DNA of 64,000 bases, from positions 19,084-83,083 of the IMG/VR virus record IMGVR_UViG_3300025030_000074. The stretch is one strand, 5' to 3'. Both the position numbers and the translations under genes were made by a program. This document shows positions 27,118-36,934 of the stretch, in pieces. The first letter of the stretch is position 1; each line of letters opens with the position of its first letter. Under the pieces are notes generated by a model, which worked only from the letters and a program-made list of their open reading frames with translations, was not told the origin of the DNA and did no database searches. Origin of the DNA: a virus.

Positions 27118-27809
27118 TAATTGCAAAAGAATCCGGCAAGGAGCTTAATGAATCTTTGTTTCCGATTATTGAAAGTGCTTCCAAAATGAATCCTGATGGA
27201 TTGGGATACATGTTAAAAAGGAAAAACGAAGCGAGAATATTTATAAGAAAAGGATTACTTAAGGATATAGATGTTATTGAAGAACTTAAAATTTCTGATA
27301 TACTTCCTGATGATGAATTAGTCATTCATTTAAGGCAGGCAACTTCTGGATTAGAGGATGAAAATAATTGCCATCCATTTGTAGTAGCCAATGAAGAGAA
27401 AGACATCTTACAAAATAATTCTTTTGTAACGCTTCCTTGTCTTTCACATAATGGGATATTTAATGATTTTTCTTATCTAGAAGATGCATTTTCTGATACG
27501 TATTACTTTATAAAGGAATACCTATCTCCAAGAGAAGTTTTATATAATGAAGAAAAATTAAGGTATCTAACAAAACATCTTAGCTGGAACAAACTAGCTA
27601 TATTATTTCCTCAAAAGGATAAAAAGATGTTACTATTAGGAAACTTCTTTGAAGAAGGAAACTATAAGGTATCTAATAGAGGATACAGTTATACATCACC
27701 TTACTACAAAGAACAGATAAACTTTTATGATGAAAAAGAAACCAGAATACTTCCAAAAAGGACTATAGAAGAAGTATATGGAGAAGATTGGCCTTACTAC
27801 TGTTATTAA
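27108..27809 (+). CDS. Second class II glutamine amidotransferase
   Basis: MCLIIAK, NPDGLG, HLRQATSG, NCHPF, HNGI, SDT. Confidence 0.9.
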   Translation: MCLIIAKESGKELNESLFPIIESASKMNPDGLGYMLKRKNEARIFIRKGLLKDIDVIEELKISDILPDDELVIHLRQATSGLEDENNCHPFVVANEEKDILQNNSFVTLPCLSHNGIFNDFSYLEDAFSDTYYFIKEYLSPREVLYNEEKLRYLTKHLSWNKLAILFPQKDKKMLLLGNFFEEGNYKVSNRGYSYTSPYYKEQINFYDEKETRILPKRTIEEVYGEDWPYYCY

Positions 27810-27845
27810 TCTTAAAATTTTAATAAACTCTCAAAATTTAACGAT

Positions 27846-29111
27846 ATGAATATAAACCCATTGGACAACAAGACAAAAGAACAGGATATTGTATTATCCA
27901 AATGGGTAGATACCGGCTGTAAAGGTACCTATTTAGGAGTAACTGCTATTGGAAAATGTAGGTTGGGAGTTATGGCTGCCGGAAACGATATAAAAGCAAG
28001 CGATAACTATTGCTTAAATAGGAGATGGCTAATAACAACTCCCACTGAAAATTTAAGGGATAACGAATGGGAGAATGAGTTTAAAAAGTGGGGTTATGAA
28101 GAAGAGAAAACTAATTGGGTCAATATAGAATGTATTCAAAGTGCTTGGAAAAGAAAGGGAGAACATTGGAGAGGACTTATAATAGATGAAGTTCATTCCT
28201 CTTTAGGTCCCCAATATAGAAAACTATTAGAAAACAACACTTTTGACCTCATATTATGTCTTACGGCAACTTTAGACGATGAAGAGAAAATAGAGTTTTT
28301 ATCAAAATATGCTCCAATATTCTATAGCACCAGTATAGAAAGAGCAAGAAATCTTGATATAGTATCTGATTTTAAGCTGTATAACCTTTCTGTTCAACCA
28401 AGTAAAGAGGAAATAGAAGAATATATAAAAGCAGATAATAAATATAATAAGTATATTACTACTTTTGATGATGGAACTCCTGGAGGAGCCTTTAGAATAG
28501 CTAAAATGTGTCTAAATATTAATTTTGCAAAAAATTGGGCATCTAAGATAAAAGGAGATTATTGGATAGTACATCAACATGCTCAACAGGTTTTTGAAGC
28601 AATAAGAGAAAGGAAACATATTTGTTATAATGCAGAAGGAAAACTTGATGCCGTAAAAAAGATTTCTGAGAAATTTCCTAGTCATAAAACTATCATATTT
28701 TCAGAGTCAATAGACTTTGCCGAAAGGGTTAAAAATGGCTTAGGAGACAAATGTGTACTTTTTCATTCTAAAATGCCAAATAAGGCACGAAAGAGCTCTT
28801 TAGACGAATTTTCTTTGCCTAAGGGTAGTATAACTACCATTTCAACCGTAAAGGCCTTAAATGCAGGATTTAATGTTCCTTCTTGTAATTTGGGTATTAT
28901 TACCTCTGGAAGTAGTAAATCCTTAGACCTTTTTCAAAGATTGGGAAGAACTTTAAGATGGGAAGAAGGAAAAAGAGCCATTTTTATCCAATTATATCTT
29001 AACCTAGAATGTAAAGATATTATATCACAAGATAGAAAGTGGACTAAAAGACGAAGTAAAGAAGTAAAAAATGTTGAATGGATTAGTAATATTGAACAAA
29101 TTGTTGAATAA
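27846..29111 (+). CDS. Superfamily 2 helicase
   Basis: TAIGK, DEVH, LTAT, QRLGRTLR. Confidence 0.9.
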   Translation: MNINPLDNKTKEQDIVLSKWVDTGCKGTYLGVTAIGKCRLGVMAAGNDIKASDNYCLNRRWLITTPTENLRDNEWENEFKKWGYEEEKTNWVNIECIQSAWKRKGEHWRGLIIDEVHSSLGPQYRKLLENNTFDLILCLTATLDDEEKIEFLSKYAPIFYSTSIERARNLDIVSDFKLYNLSVQPSKEEIEEYIKADNKYNKYITTFDDGTPGGAFRIAKMCLNINFAKNWASKIKGDYWIVHQHAQQVFEAIRERKHICYNAEGKLDAVKKISEKFPSHKTIIFSESIDFAERVKNGLGDKCVLFHSKMPNKARKSSLDEFSLPKGSITTISTVKALNAGFNVPSCNLGIITSGSSKSLDLFQRLGRTLRWEEGKRAIFIQLYLNLECKDIISQDRKWTKRRSKEVKNVEWISNIEQIVE

Positions 29112-29112
29112 C

Positions 29113-29424
29113 ATGAATGAATTATTTGAAGAGCTTATAGCGCATTATCCTAAAGTTACACCAAATGGAAGGAAACTTCATGGAAACAGGGCTGCTTGCA
29201 GAGAGAAATATGACAAAATACTCAAAGCAAAACCTTCTATTCATAAGTTTATATTAAGATGTATTGAAGAAGAGCATCTGCAAAGAATGCAGTATTTGAA
29301 CCAAAACTTCTGGAAAATGCTGCAAACATATCTAAATCAAAGAGGTTGGGAACTTTATGAAGATGATGTCAATAAAAAGGATGCTAAAAAGGAAAAAAGT
29401 CTTCCCGGAGAGAAGTTTGCATGA
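29113..29424 (+). CDS. Replication initiator/helicase-loader-like small protein (start revised)
   Basis: FEEL...YP.....GR.L...TYLNQRGWE; coupled to dnaB. Confidence 0.5.
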   Translation: MNELFEELIAHYPKVTPNGRKLHGNRAACREKYDKILKAKPSIHKFILRCIEEEHLQRMQYLNQNFWKMLQTYLNQRGWELYEDDVNKKDAKKEKSLPGEKFA

Positions 29425-30317
29425 AATATCAACCTATAGCAGAGGTAGTAAATGAATCTCTTTCCTACATAGAGGACAGAAGTTCAAGAAAGATTGTTCC
29501 TCTAAAGACAAGGTGGAAAAAGTTTAATGACTTAATTGATGGAGGTATGGAATGGGGAAATCTATATACTTTGGCAGGAATATCTGGATCCGGCAAGTCT
29601 GCTTTTGCTAACTTGCTGGAGACAGACTTATTTGACTTAAATCCAAAGGAAAAATTTAAGGTATTATCCTTTAACTTTGAAATGGCTGCATATAGACAAA
29701 TACTTAGAAAATTTTCAAACAAGGTAAAAAGAACTGTAGGAGAATTGAAGAGTTCTAATTATACTATTTCAAAAGAGGAAATGGATACGCTGTATCATAT
29801 AGGAAAGGAAATTTCTCTTTATGACATTAGCTATATAGATGTGCCAGAAAAAGTAGGACAGGTAAAGAGTTCAATATTAGATTTCCAAAAAGATAATCCT
29901 AGTCATAGAATATTTATTATACTAGATCATTCTAGGTTAGCAAGAAAAAATAATTCTCAAACGGAACAAGGAATGTTGGATGAAATGTGTAATATGTTTA
30001 CCGAGATAAAAAAAAGGCTAGGATGCTCTATTCTATTGCTATCACAGTTGAATAGAGAGATAGAATCAAGAAGTTCTACTCCTTCTATGCACTACCCGGT
30101 TCGTTCTGACCTGTTTGGCTCGGACAGTCTCTACCAACATTCCGACTATGTTTTTGTAATTCATCGCCCAGATGCAATCGGAATCAGATATTACGGACCA
30201 GATAGGATTGATGCTATAGATAGAATCTTTTTGCATACTTTAAAAAACAGGGATGGAGATACTAAAATAATAACAATGACAAATGGATTGAAATATAATT
30301 TAATTGAAGAAGAATAA
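29421..30317 (+). CDS. dnaB: DnaB-like replicative helicase (ATPase domain)
   Basis: GISGSGKS, FNFEM, LDH, LSQLNR, SDL.GS, LKNRDG. Confidence 0.93.
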   Translation: MKYQPIAEVVNESLSYIEDRSSRKIVPLKTRWKKFNDLIDGGMEWGNLYTLAGISGSGKSAFANLLETDLFDLNPKEKFKVLSFNFEMAAYRQILRKFSNKVKRTVGELKSSNYTISKEEMDTLYHIGKEISLYDISYIDVPEKVGQVKSSILDFQKDNPSHRIFIILDHSRLARKNNSQTEQGMLDEMCNMFTEIKKRLGCSILLLSQLNREIESRSSTPSMHYPVRSDLFGSDSLYQHSDYVFVIHRPDAIGIRYYGPDRIDAIDRIFLHTLKNRDGDTKIITMTNGLKYNLIEEE

Positions 30318-30331
30318 GAAGAAAATAACAA

Positions 30332-31003
30332 ATGGCAACTTTAGTGATGGTCGTAGGTTCAAGTGGAACAGGTAAGACAACCTCTGCAAGAACTCTAGAT
30401 CCAAAAAAAACCTTTTTCATAAACTGTGACCAAAAAGATCTTCCTTTCAAAGGATGGATAAGTAGTTACTCAAAAGAAAAAGGAAACTATGCCTCAACTT
30501 CCAATACGGAAGAGATAAAGGATGTACTCAGAGACATAGTTAAAAATAAAAAGGGTACAGAAACAATAGTCATAGATACTCTTAATAGAATTATGACCGA
30601 TAAAGTCATGAAAGAAAGAGGTATAACAGGTTTTCAAAAGTGGACTGATTTATCGGGATGTATATATGACTTAATTTCAATAGTAAACAAACAACTACCA
30701 GAATACCTTACGGTATTTGCTCTTTTTCATGAGGAGGCATATTACAGTGATGATGGAATAAAGATAAGAAGAATTGCAACCGAAGGAAAACAGCTTAGTA
30801 GAATGTCTATAGAATCAATGGGTTCTATAGTTTTGTTTACAACAGTGAAACATTCTGGAAAAGGAGAACCTAATAAATATAATCTTCAAACCCAAACAGA
30901 TGGACAATCTACTGCTAAAAGTCCTATGGGGATGTTTGACAACTTCGAAATACCAAATGATTTTCAGGAGGTATTAGAGAAAATAGAGCAGTTTAAAAAA
31001 TAA
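30332..31003 (+). CDS. AAA-family ATPase (Sak4/AAA_24-like)
   Basis: GSSGTGKT, IVIDT, AKSPMGMF..IPND. Confidence 0.85.
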   Translation: MATLVMVVGSSGTGKTTSARTLDPKKTFFINCDQKDLPFKGWISSYSKEKGNYASTSNTEEIKDVLRDIVKNKKGTETIVIDTLNRIMTDKVMKERGITGFQKWTDLSGCIYDLISIVNKQLPEYLTVFALFHEEAYYSDDGIKIRRIATEGKQLSRMSIESMGSIVLFTTVKHSGKGEPNKYNLQTQTDGQSTAKSPMGMFDNFEIPNDFQEVLEKIEQFKK

Positions 31004-31008
31004 AATTA

Positions 31009-31542
31009 ATGAGTTTAAAAATAAATTTTAAAGGTGTAGAAAACACCACAAAGGGAACTAGGCTTCCTTTTGGAATTAATGAAGTTACTATAACAGGGAT
31101 AGAATTTAGCAAAGAAGACTGGGAAGGAACTCCTTACGTAGCAGTAACTTTTGTAAATGATGAAGGAGAATTAACAGAAAAATTCTATTTATCAACAGCA
31201 GCACTTCCCCGATTAAAACATTTGCTAGTAGCATTAGAAGCAGATGAAAGTATAATATCGGGAGAAGTTACAGAAAAACAATTAGAGACAATAACGACTG
31301 GAAAGAAAGTAAGAATAAAAGTCACTGGAAGAGAGTATAAGAATTCAGAAGGATTGGTAAAAGTGGCAAGGCAACTTGATTTTAGTGGATTTGCAGAACC
31401 AGTCACAGTTTCCAAAGAAGATTCTAAATTAAGGTTTAGCAAGGATAGGTTTATAAAAACCTTAACCGGGTACTACAGAGGGGAGGTGGCTGAAGCCAAT
31501 CATACTCCAACTACTGTAGAGGCTGATACCGCACCTTGGTAA
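31009..31542 (+). CDS. Single-stranded DNA-binding protein (DUF669-like)
   Basis: Follows the Sak4-like gene; OB-like beta pattern; acidic tail ending APW. Confidence 0.65.
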   Translation: MSLKINFKGVENTTKGTRLPFGINEVTITGIEFSKEDWEGTPYVAVTFVNDEGELTEKFYLSTAALPRLKHLLVALEADESIISGEVTEKQLETITTGKKVRIKVTGREYKNSEGLVKVARQLDFSGFAEPVTVSKEDSKLRFSKDRFIKTLTGYYRGEVAEANHTPTTVEADTAPW

Positions 31543-31597
31543 GTTTTTTCATGTTTTTTAGTTTTGGTTTGTTAGTGGTTAGTTAATTCTATAAATA

Positions 31598-31626
31598 GGA
31601 GAGAAGAAAAACTTCTCTCCTTTTAT
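31598..31626 (+). terminator. Rho-independent terminator
   Basis: GGAGAGAAG-AAAAA-CTTCTCTCC followed by TTTTAT. Confidence 0.8.
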
Positions 31627-31641
31627 ATTAAAACGTATAAA

Positions 31642-32169
31642 ATGAAAGAAATATTATTAAAAGAAGGAGATGTAATAAAGCTAGAAAATGGAATGACAAT
31701 TTATACGAAGATTCCTGAAATGTTTGTTTATGCAAACAGAAAAACAAGTAAGAAACTTACTGAAAGTGATGTTATCATAGGAAAAACATATTCAAACAAA
31801 ACAAATATCATTGATAACGTAAGCAATGTTATAGAAGCCATAACAGAAAGTTTTAACAGTGAAGGCTTTAACTTAAGTAGAAAAGATGCTAGGAAATTTG
31901 TTTTAAACAAGATAAAGACTGTTGGAAAAAAGAAATTTACTGTTGATGAAGGGAAATTCGTTGTTACTAAAACTTTATATGAAGGGGGTGGAACAGGAAT
32001 GGGACCTCATGATATTTATCCTGATGGACATAGAATTTATTGTAAAAAGTTAAAGAATGATAAATTTGATGAAGATGGAACAGAAGTAAACTTTTACCAA
32101 AATGGTTGTTTCACCGCAGTAATATCCAATATTAAAGTAATTAGAACTATGAAAATGAAATTTGTTTAA
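31642..32169 (+). CDS. Conserved phage hypothetical protein
   Basis: GGGTGMGPHDIYPDGH...FYQNGCF motif. Confidence 0.7.
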   Translation: MKEILLKEGDVIKLENGMTIYTKIPEMFVYANRKTSKKLTESDVIIGKTYSNKTNIIDNVSNVIEAITESFNSEGFNLSRKDARKFVLNKIKTVGKKKFTVDEGKFVVTKTLYEGGGTGMGPHDIYPDGHRIYCKKLKNDKFDEDGTEVNFYQNGCFTAVISNIKVIRTMKMKFV

Positions 32170-32181
32170 TTTTAACAAAAA

Positions 32182-32304
32182 ATGACAATAAAAGAAAAGA
32201 GAAAATATGTTTTAGACATAATTGAAACTTGAGACAATGAATGTATTGAAGATGAATACAACGAACTTATAGCTGGTAAATACATTAAAAAGAAGAAAAA
32301 ATGA
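32182..32304 (+). pseudogene. Small ORF with an internal TGA (32230-32232)
   Basis: MTIKEKRKYVLDIIET*DNECIEDEYNELIAGKYIKKKKK*; the terminal TGA overlaps the next ATG. Confidence 0.45.
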
Positions 32305-32558
32305 TTACAATTAAAATCTATACGGAAAAAACTTATTACCTAAACAAAAGTGGTGATAAAGAATATTTAGATGGAGGAGAAGATGATAAAACTTTAATCA
32401 AAGCAGCAATACTTACAGGAAAAGGATTAAACACAGAGGAAGAATATGTTTGTTCTGTTTATGGAGAAACAAAAAAGGAGGCAGAAAAAGCATTTAAAAA
32501 TTATTTAAAAGCAAACTTAAATCACCCACTAATATCACGAACAGAAACATTAAAATGA
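32301..32558 (+). CDS. Hypothetical protein
   Basis: 85-aa ORF. Confidence 0.6.
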   Translation: MITIKIYTEKTYYLNKSGDKEYLDGGEDDKTLIKAAILTGKGLNTEEEYVCSVYGETKKEAEKAFKNYLKANLNHPLISRTETLK

Positions 32559-32559
32559 A

Positions 32560-33591
32560 ATGGACTTCAAAAACATACGATATCCTCCAGAAGACTATTT
32601 TCTTACTGCTAAAAATATCTTAAAAAGAATTACGGAATATGATATATTCAGATACTACACAAAAAGTGACTTTGAAATAGGAAAACCTTTCTCAAGTCCT
32701 TTAAGAGAGGACAAAAATCCATCTTTTTCAATTTATTCTAATAGAAGAAACAAGTTAATGTTTAAAGATTTTGGAACAGGAACTTATGGAGATTGCTTTA
32801 GATTTGTTCAAAAAATGTATAATGTAGACTTTAAAGAATCCTTAAGAATAATAAGTTGCGACTTTAATTTAAATATGGGTAAGTTATCAAAGGAAGAAAT
32901 AAAATCAGTAATACCATTGATAGGACTGAAACCTATAATCAAACGAAAGTCTATATTAGAAATTGTATCACAGTCTTTTACACATACAGATTTTATGTAT
33001 TGGAAACAATATGGAATATCTATAAATACCTTACTGAAATTTAGAGTAAACTCTTGTAAGCAGGTTCTTGTAAACGGAAATCCTATTGCCTTTTATAGAA
33101 AGAATAATCCAATATATTCTTATACTCTTTCCAGCGGATATAAAGTATATAGACCTTTTTCAAAAAAATATAAGTGGTTTTCATCAAAAACAGATTCCAG
33201 ATTTGATCACGATATCCAAGGTATGAAAGAACTTCCTAAAGAAGGGGAACTTTTGGTGATTACCAAATCCCTTAAAGACGTTATGGTATTAGATACTTTT
33301 AAAATACCAGCCATAGCACCTCATTCTGAAATTTACTTAATAGAGATAGAAAATATGGAATCTCTAAAAAAACGATTCAAAAGAATTGCTGTCTTATACG
33401 ATATAGATAAGACAGGTTACATTTTTTCGGAAATGCTATGCGATATGTACGATTTAGAAAGAATTTTTATAACAGATGAATATTGTATATTTAACAAGAC
33501 TGGAAAAGAGATAAAAGATATTTCCGATTATAGAAAAGAAAATGGAACAAAAAAAACGAAAGAATTATTGAATAAAATATTATGTTTTTAG
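32560..33591 (+). CDS. dnaG: DnaG-like primase (crAss type)
   Basis: SPLREDKNPSF..FKDFG, KVYRP, ITKSLKD TOPRIM, YDIDKTG, KDISD. Confidence 0.9.
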   Translation: MDFKNIRYPPEDYFLTAKNILKRITEYDIFRYYTKSDFEIGKPFSSPLREDKNPSFSIYSNRRNKLMFKDFGTGTYGDCFRFVQKMYNVDFKESLRIISCDFNLNMGKLSKEEIKSVIPLIGLKPIIKRKSILEIVSQSFTHTDFMYWKQYGISINTLLKFRVNSCKQVLVNGNPIAFYRKNNPIYSYTLSSGYKVYRPFSKKYKWFSSKTDSRFDHDIQGMKELPKEGELLVITKSLKDVMVLDTFKIPAIAPHSEIYLIEIENMESLKKRFKRIAVLYDIDKTGYIFSEMLCDMYDLERIFITDEYCIFNKTGKEIKDISDYRKENGTKKTKELLNKILCF

Positions 33592-33812
33592 ATGAATGTA
33601 CAGATAAAGAGATAAAAGATGCAGCAATGAGGTTGTTCAATTCAAACGAAGAACATCATGAATGCTGGGTAGAAGAACCAGAGGTTAACAGACAATTAGG
33701 AGTAGTTATTCTTTCTGTTACAGAAAGTAAAGAGGGTCCTATTTGGGAAGAAGTTATAAGTTTTGAAGATGTTAGCCCCTTTATAAAGATAGATGAAAAA
33801 GATTATGAGTGA
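33582..33812 (+). CDS. Hypothetical protein
   Basis: 76-aa acidic ORF. Confidence 0.6.
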   Translation: MFLDECTDKEIKDAAMRLFNSNEEHHECWVEEPEVNRQLGVVILSVTESKEGPIWEEVISFEDVSPFIKIDEKDYE

Positions 33813-34371
33813 TGATATAGTAATAGAAATTCCTGAATTCATTACCCATGTAGTTTTATCCAAAAATAGAAGAATAAAATACAAAACCGATAAGAAGGGA
33901 AAACTAGTTATAGCTAATCCAAGAACTGCGGGAAAAGAAAGAAAATGGAAGATTAATGGACAGTCTCTGTACTCAGGAATGAATCATTACTTACGTTCAA
34001 AAGTCATAAAGGAAATAAAGAAGTACCTATATGAATATATAAGACCTATTCCCGTAATAAATGAATTTCCTATATGCATAGAATTAATAATCTACGATAC
34101 AGAGGGGGTTTTTAACAAAAAAGGAATCCTTGTAAGCAGTTGGGATTTAGGAAACAAAGAGTTTATATGGATGAAATGCTTTGAAGATGCTTTATGTGGA
34201 AACGTAGATTTTCATTTAGAAGGAGACAAATATGTTCCTCAAAAAGATAAGTATCCAGCGAAGATTAAAGATGACTCCATAGAATTTATATCAAGAAGAG
34301 TTTGTTCTTTTATAAAAGTAGCAGATTCAAAAGACAGAAAATTAGTTTTTAAAATTAATAAAACAGAATAA
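33793..34371 (+). CDS. RusA-like Holliday junction resolvase
   Basis: INGQSLY, WDLGN...KCFEDAL, IKDD. Confidence 0.7.
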   Translation: MKKIMSDDIVIEIPEFITHVVLSKNRRIKYKTDKKGKLVIANPRTAGKERKWKINGQSLYSGMNHYLRSKVIKEIKKYLYEYIRPIPVINEFPICIELIIYDTEGVFNKKGILVSSWDLGNKEFIWMKCFEDALCGNVDFHLEGDKYVPQKDKYPAKIKDDSIEFISRRVCSFIKVADSKDRKLVFKINKTE

Positions 34372-34781
34372 TGATAAACAGAAATTATAAAGTAAAGGAT
34401 TTAGTAGGAAAAAATGTTAGAATAATTGATAATAGAGCAGGTCATGGAATTCCTTTAGGAACTGTATTTCAAATTTATAAAACTTCTATACCCAATCCAG
34501 AAAGTTTTATCACAGATTCTACTCAACTTTATGCTCCTACTAACATTTCTCTGTGTTATTTTAGGTTATCGGAAGTTGAATTTGCAGAAGATACCATAGC
34601 AAGTATTAAAAAAAGTATATCAGAATTAACAGATAAACTTAAATTTATGGAAGAATCCCATATAGAAACTTTTGATGAAAAAAAATATAAAATCTACAAA
34701 TTGACAAAAATAATGGAAGATAAAAAATTAAGTAGAGAAGATAAGAGTAATGCAATATACGATTTTACGGAATCTTTATGA
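34371..34781 (+). CDS. Hypothetical protein
   Basis: 136 aa; SH3-like N-terminus and coiled C-terminus. Confidence 0.65.
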   Translation: MINRNYKVKDLVGKNVRIIDNRAGHGIPLGTVFQIYKTSIPNPESFITDSTQLYAPTNISLCYFRLSEVEFAEDTIASIKKSISELTDKLKFMEESHIETFDEKKYKIYKLTKIMEDKKLSREDKSNAIYDFTESL

Positions 34782-35878
34782 AAAGTATAGAAAAAGAAAT
34801 AGAAAAAGAACCTAAAGAAAACTATTACGACATAAAAGCAGTAAGCAGCACTTCTCTTGGATGGTTTGAAAGAAGTCCAAAACTTTACAAACGATTAACA
34901 GATGGAGAAAGAGAAAAAACAATTTCTTCTTACATGAAACTAGGAACTGCTATTCACTCTGCAATCCTAACTCCAGAAAAATTTAGAGAAAATTATATAA
35001 GAGTACGTGACAAGATAACAGGAAAAATGGGAATCTATGTGGAGGCTTTTGTTGATGTATTAGTTTCTGGGGTTTCAGAAGAAGCTGCCCATGAAATAGC
35101 ATATATGAAGGCAGAATACAAACTTCCTCCGGAAACTGTTATGAAATCTTTTGATACAGAAGAGATAAAATCCTATGTTAGATTCCTTTACAACAACGCA
35201 GGTAAAACGTTTCTTAATGAAGAAGAATGGAAAACTGTTGAAACTTGTAAGGAATCTGTGTTAAAACATAAAGAAGTATCCAGAATTTTTGATACATCAA
35301 ATTTAGAATTAGAATCATATACAGAACAAGAAATATATTGGAAAGAACCAGAAAGTTCCTTAGATTTAAAATCTAAAATAGACAGAATAGTAGTAGATAA
35401 TGATAAACAAGTCATATATCTAATTGACATAAAAAGTACCTCAAAAGATGTACATATTCACAATAGAACTCCTGCTTTTATTTCTGCCATAAAGCAGTTA
35501 TCCTTTTATAGAGATGCTGTTGGTCAATGGTTTTGGAAACTTCATAACATGGACGCTTTTATAGACTATAAACTTCCCAACAGAAATAAAGTAGGTTATA
35601 GTATAATACCATATATCATAACAGTTCAAACAACAGAAGATTTTGAAACTGTAATATATCAAATTGATAATGAAATTTTAGATATAGCTAAAGAAGGAGG
35701 AATAATAAATAGTCCTTCTTCAGAGCTCTTTTCTAAAATAAGAGGATTTATGGATATTTTGAAGGATATTGAGTGGCATAAGAAAAATAATTTGTGGGAA
35801 TATCCAAGATACTACTATGATAATGATGGTATAGTACGTTGTAATGCAAGAGAAAACAGAATTAAAGGACGTAAATGA
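34778..35878 (+). CDS. PD-(D/E)XK exonuclease (RecE/DUF3799-like)
   Basis: S.TSL, GTAIH, TEQEI.W, KSKIDR, IDIKST, QLSFY. Confidence 0.9.
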   Translation: MKSIEKEIEKEPKENYYDIKAVSSTSLGWFERSPKLYKRLTDGEREKTISSYMKLGTAIHSAILTPEKFRENYIRVRDKITGKMGIYVEAFVDVLVSGVSEEAAHEIAYMKAEYKLPPETVMKSFDTEEIKSYVRFLYNNAGKTFLNEEEWKTVETCKESVLKHKEVSRIFDTSNLELESYTEQEIYWKEPESSLDLKSKIDRIVVDNDKQVIYLIDIKSTSKDVHIHNRTPAFISAIKQLSFYRDAVGQWFWKLHNMDAFIDYKLPNRNKVGYSIIPYIITVQTTEDFETVIYQIDNEILDIAKEGGIINSPSSELFSKIRGFMDILKDIEWHKKNNLWEYPRYYYDNDGIVRCNARENRIKGRK

Positions 35879-36422
35879 AGAAGTTAAAGTAAAAGAAAAA
35901 CCAAAGAGAAAGAAGACAAAAGCAACTTCTTTTATACTTCCTATGTTGGGAAAATCCATATACTTTTTTAACTCTTATCTTCTTAACTGTTATGTAGGAG
36001 ATAAGGAACTTATAGAAAAGTATCCGAATCATATCTTCGTCTTATTAAAGATTGAAGATAAAGAGGAATATAGGACGATAAAAAAGGAAATGGAAAGTTT
36101 GAAAACCTTTATTGAAAGTTACAATCCTATGGAAAATAAAACAGAGATGTTTATATTTTCTATACCAAAGATATACAAAAAGGATTATGAACTTTTTTTA
36201 AGGGGAAAATATTCAGAATTTTCCAACAAATTAAAAGAAGAGGTTATGGTATTAAATAAAGTAAATAAAGACAGCGTAATTTATGCTGCATTTACTAGAG
36301 CGACTTGGCTTAGGAAAAATTGGGAAGATCAATTAAACTGTAAGATTCCATATTATCAAGAAGTCTTGTCAATTCCTAACCTTAAAAATGAGATTTATAA
36401 TAACAAAAACTTTATATTTTAA
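35844..36422 (+). CDS. Conserved crAss-like hypothetical protein
   Basis: FILPML...NCY...GKYSEFS; follows the exonuclease. Confidence 0.7.
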   Translation: MQEKTELKDVNEEVKVKEKPKRKKTKATSFILPMLGKSIYFFNSYLLNCYVGDKELIEKYPNHIFVLLKIEDKEEYRTIKKEMESLKTFIESYNPMENKTEMFIFSIPKIYKKDYELFLRGKYSEFSNKLKEEVMVLNKVNKDSVIYAAFTRATWLRKNWEDQLNCKIPYYQEVLSIPNLKNEIYNNKNFIF

Positions 36423-36423
36423 C

Positions 36424-36453
36424 AAGGAAGGGGTATTATATTGCCCCTTCCTT
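36424..36453 (+). terminator. Hairpin, probable terminator
   Basis: AAGGAAGGGG/CCCCTTCCTT stem. Confidence 0.6.
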
Positions 36454-36460
36454 AATTTAT

Positions 36461-36934
36461 ATGAAAACAAAAAATAAATACGTATTTTATGATGGTCAAC
36501 AAATACTTATTCCAAATAAAAAAAGTATAGGAAAACCAATAGGAGAATCTAAGATTATAAAGAATGCAGTAGGAAGAGGAAATAATTTTTTATATTTATA
36601 TATTGATGATAAACACACAGGTAAACCAAAATATTTTCTTTCAAACTTATGCAATATAGATTTTCAAATAACTAGATCAATGAATACTTTTAAAGAAATA
36701 GTTGAAGAAGAGATAGCAGATGAATTTTCAAAAGAAGATTTAACGCCTCTTAGTGTAATTGAGAATCCTTTACCTTATGTATTAAATGAGGATACAGAAC
36801 CCAGAATTAGTACTAGTTCTACCGGACATTCCAATGGTTATACTATTAGTTCCGACTGGTTTGATAGAACAGTAGAAACATTAAGGGCATCCACATCAAC
36901 ACAAATAAATCAAAATGAAAATACAAATAGGTGA
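36461..36934 (+). CDS. Hypothetical protein (paralog of the next gene)
   Basis: IPNKKSIG..I.....IKNA....FLYL. Confidence 0.65.
   Translation: MKTKNKYVFYDGQQILIPNKKSIGKPIGESKIIKNAVGRGNNFLYLYIDDKHTGKPKYFLSNLCNIDFQITRSMNTFKEIVEEEIADEFSKEDLTPLSVIENPLPYVLNEDTEPRISTSSTGHSNGYTISSDWFDRTVETLRASTSTQINQNENTNR

Noticed and set aside
27930-27970. Intein at the helicase Walker A (GK-C)
   Set aside because: Protein length is normal and no intein blocks follow; it is just a GKT-to-GKC substitution
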